From Lophium mytilinum (Eukaryota): a DNA stretch of 64,000 nt. Position numbers and translations under genes: made by a program. Positions 61,823-64,000 of this stretch are shown in pieces (the stretch's first letter is position 1; each line of letters starts with the position of its first letter). Below the pieces are notes generated by a model. It saw nothing but the letters and a program-made list of their open reading frames with translations, ran no database searches and was not told where the DNA came from. The stretch lies in the NCBI GenBank assembly GCA_010093605.1, contig MU004181.1:2294001-2358000 (forward strand), in the 5' to 3' direction.

Positions 61823-63533
61823 GCAATCCACTGCTATCAGGTCAAAGATTCGTGCCCGCATTATACTCGGCGCACTATCCATGCAAGTTATCACGCTAGC
61901 TATACACCGTGATTGCTGACCAGGTGATTACCTCCCACGAGTTGGCTTTGTCGGGCTGCTACCTCAGCGTAGCATGATTGCGCCTTAAAGCTCTGCTTCC
62001 AAGGGTGCCTTCATGTGGCAGTATTACGGATAAGCCAGAGTTCCAAATGAACCTGCGTATACATATCCAGCCCTGCCCACGTCTTCAAGAGCCGGAATGT
62101 ATTGCAAATTTAGCATATTAGGGGACGATACCTATGAGATAGTTTCCATCTCTGGCAACTCATTGAAGCATTCAAGATCATTAGCCATTGCCACCCTTTC
62201 CAAAGTTGATGACTGAATCTTTTGATGATACCATGTAATGCCAAATGTTTAAGCAAATTCAATTGACACGGCTTTCCATACTCCTGACCTGAGGGTTGCT
62301 GAAATTCCAAGCACAATGGGCGCCGGGCTGCTATTTGACTAGCCTGCTGAGCCACTCGTTGCAGTGCTGTCGAACGAGTATGAATAGAGCCCGAGCGATC
62401 ACATATCCGATTCTCCAAACTCACTCTTACATATGCTGTAGAGATTAGACTGCATTTTGACTGATTGGCCAGCTGCTTGTTGGGCCACCCTGACAGTTGT
62501 ATCAAGCGAGCAACGGTGAAGTCTTTTGGAGCCTAATTCGATATCTTGATGTATATAAAGCATAATGCACGATAGAGATAGAAACTCAGTCGTCGATGCC
62601 TCTACGTTCCACTAAGGTTGAGGAGGAGTCTCAAACTGTCCAAGCTTCCTCCGATGGCCTCGATACGTCAAGATTTAGCCTGTTCTAGACCTTCGGGACG
62701 GCTAATCTCCATATTTCATATTATTTCTGGGGCAAGGGTTCTGAAGCCTCCTCCAACAACCTCTTTCTCCTGTTCGACATCGCTAGTGTCACTTCGACAT
62801 CCGGTCAAGTATCTTTTTCTTTCGCGTATCCAGTTTACCCCAAACAAGCCAATAATGTCGAGGCGCCACAGAATATATAAGCGACGGAGTACACAACCGA
62901 TATTTTATCGATTATTTCTAGTATGCCAAACGTTCTCAGACTTCGGTCTCATTTTACTAACAGTAAACACTTCGATGGAACTCTGCTTCTCATCTCTTCT
63001 ATGGACCTTCTACTTTCACTGTGCTTCATTGTCACCATGTTATTATCACGCAGTCTCCTCCAGAATCCTCCGAATATGCATGGCGTTTCCCGTTGCCGAG
63101 GATGCATGGGATGCGGGACGGGCGGTGTGAGGCTAGGAGGGCCGCCCCGCCTAGAACCCGTTGCTGCCGGGCCTGTGGGACACGTTGATTATCTCTAGCT
63201 ATCTTGAACCCAGCTTAGTGAGTTCCAGGATCCAGTCACAGCTGGTGTGCCAGCAGCGAGGATGCACGAAGTAACGCAGATGGGCCTCTTGCTGCACATG
63301 CCCCGCGGCATGACTTCCTATTAGCACCTTTGTGCCACCCTGGGATAACTAAGTGCTTGGTCGAAAGACTTTCCTGTACAAAGATCGAGGGTCCAGGTGC
63401 CCCTCATCCTGTGCTGTCAATGCTTACCTTCTGTTCCCCAATTTCTTTCGTCAAGTCCCATTGAGAACCGCAGGAACGGTACAGCACTTCCAATTGGATT
63501 TTATTTCTATCATCAAAGTAACATCGAGCAACA

Positions 63534-64000
63534 ATGGCGCCCAAAGAGAGCGTCCTAGTGGACGAGAAGATGACCACAGCATCATCCGAGGACCGTGGCA
63601 TTGGAACCGAGTCCCTGGAAGCACCTCCAGTGGATCGTAGGATGATGCTCAAGCTCGATCTGAGACTTGTACCAATACTAGGCGCCTGTTATACGATCAT
63701 GTTCCTTGACAGGACCAACAGTACGTCAAAATCGTAGTCACTCATCCCTGCGCATCACTGCCGACTGACCAGCTTCACAGTTGCAAATGCACGTATCGAA
63801 GGCCTTGAGAAGGGTCTCAATTTCCCTAGTGTCGGATTTAACACCGCCTTGTGGATCTTCTATATTCCCTTCGTACTTGTCGAAATTCCTAGCAACTTGA
63901 TCATGAGTCTTCCGCGCGTGAAACCAAATTGGTTTCTGGGAATGAACGTCCTCATTCTCGGCATCGTATCCACGTGCCAAGGACTCTCTCACTCGTATTC
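63534..64000 (+). CDS. MFS transporter, anion:cation symporter (Dal5/Tna1-like); truncated by window end
   Basis: LKLDLRLVPIL...FLDRTN|IANARIEGL...FNTALWIFYIPFVLVEIPSNL; intron ~63721-63780. Confidence 0.88.

Overview
A 64 kb gene-dense, intron-containing region from a filamentous ascomycete (Pezizomycotina; finer taxonomy cannot be fixed from this window). About 28 protein-coding loci are supported. Conserved housekeeping genes: Yip1-domain protein, SPF1 P5A-ATPase, NDE-type NADH dehydrogenase, DUF676 lipase, REX3, PCC1, Yox1-like homeobox, ERV41 and CTK2-like cyclin. These are interleaved with accessory genes: a mucin-like multi-domain subtilisin, a secreted TNT-domain NADase, an APH-like kinase fused to a bacterial-looking beta-rich domain, a Zn2Cys6/SDR pair, a MetE-like pseudogene, a Clr5-ankyrin gene head-to-head with an unannotated single-TM microprotein, and a bacterial-type adenine-deaminase homologue with a remodelled active site divergent from an NCS1 permease. 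Three non-autonomous DNA-transposon (MITE-like) families are visible. One is a ~610 bp element with a RIP-like interior in the SPF1 promoter. The other two are TA-flanked CAGTG-type families (3 and 2 copies), and one copy of each lies inside an NCS1 intron. No tRNA, rRNA or CRISPR was seen. Exon boundaries were inferred by eye, and family assignments come from motif recognition, not database searches.
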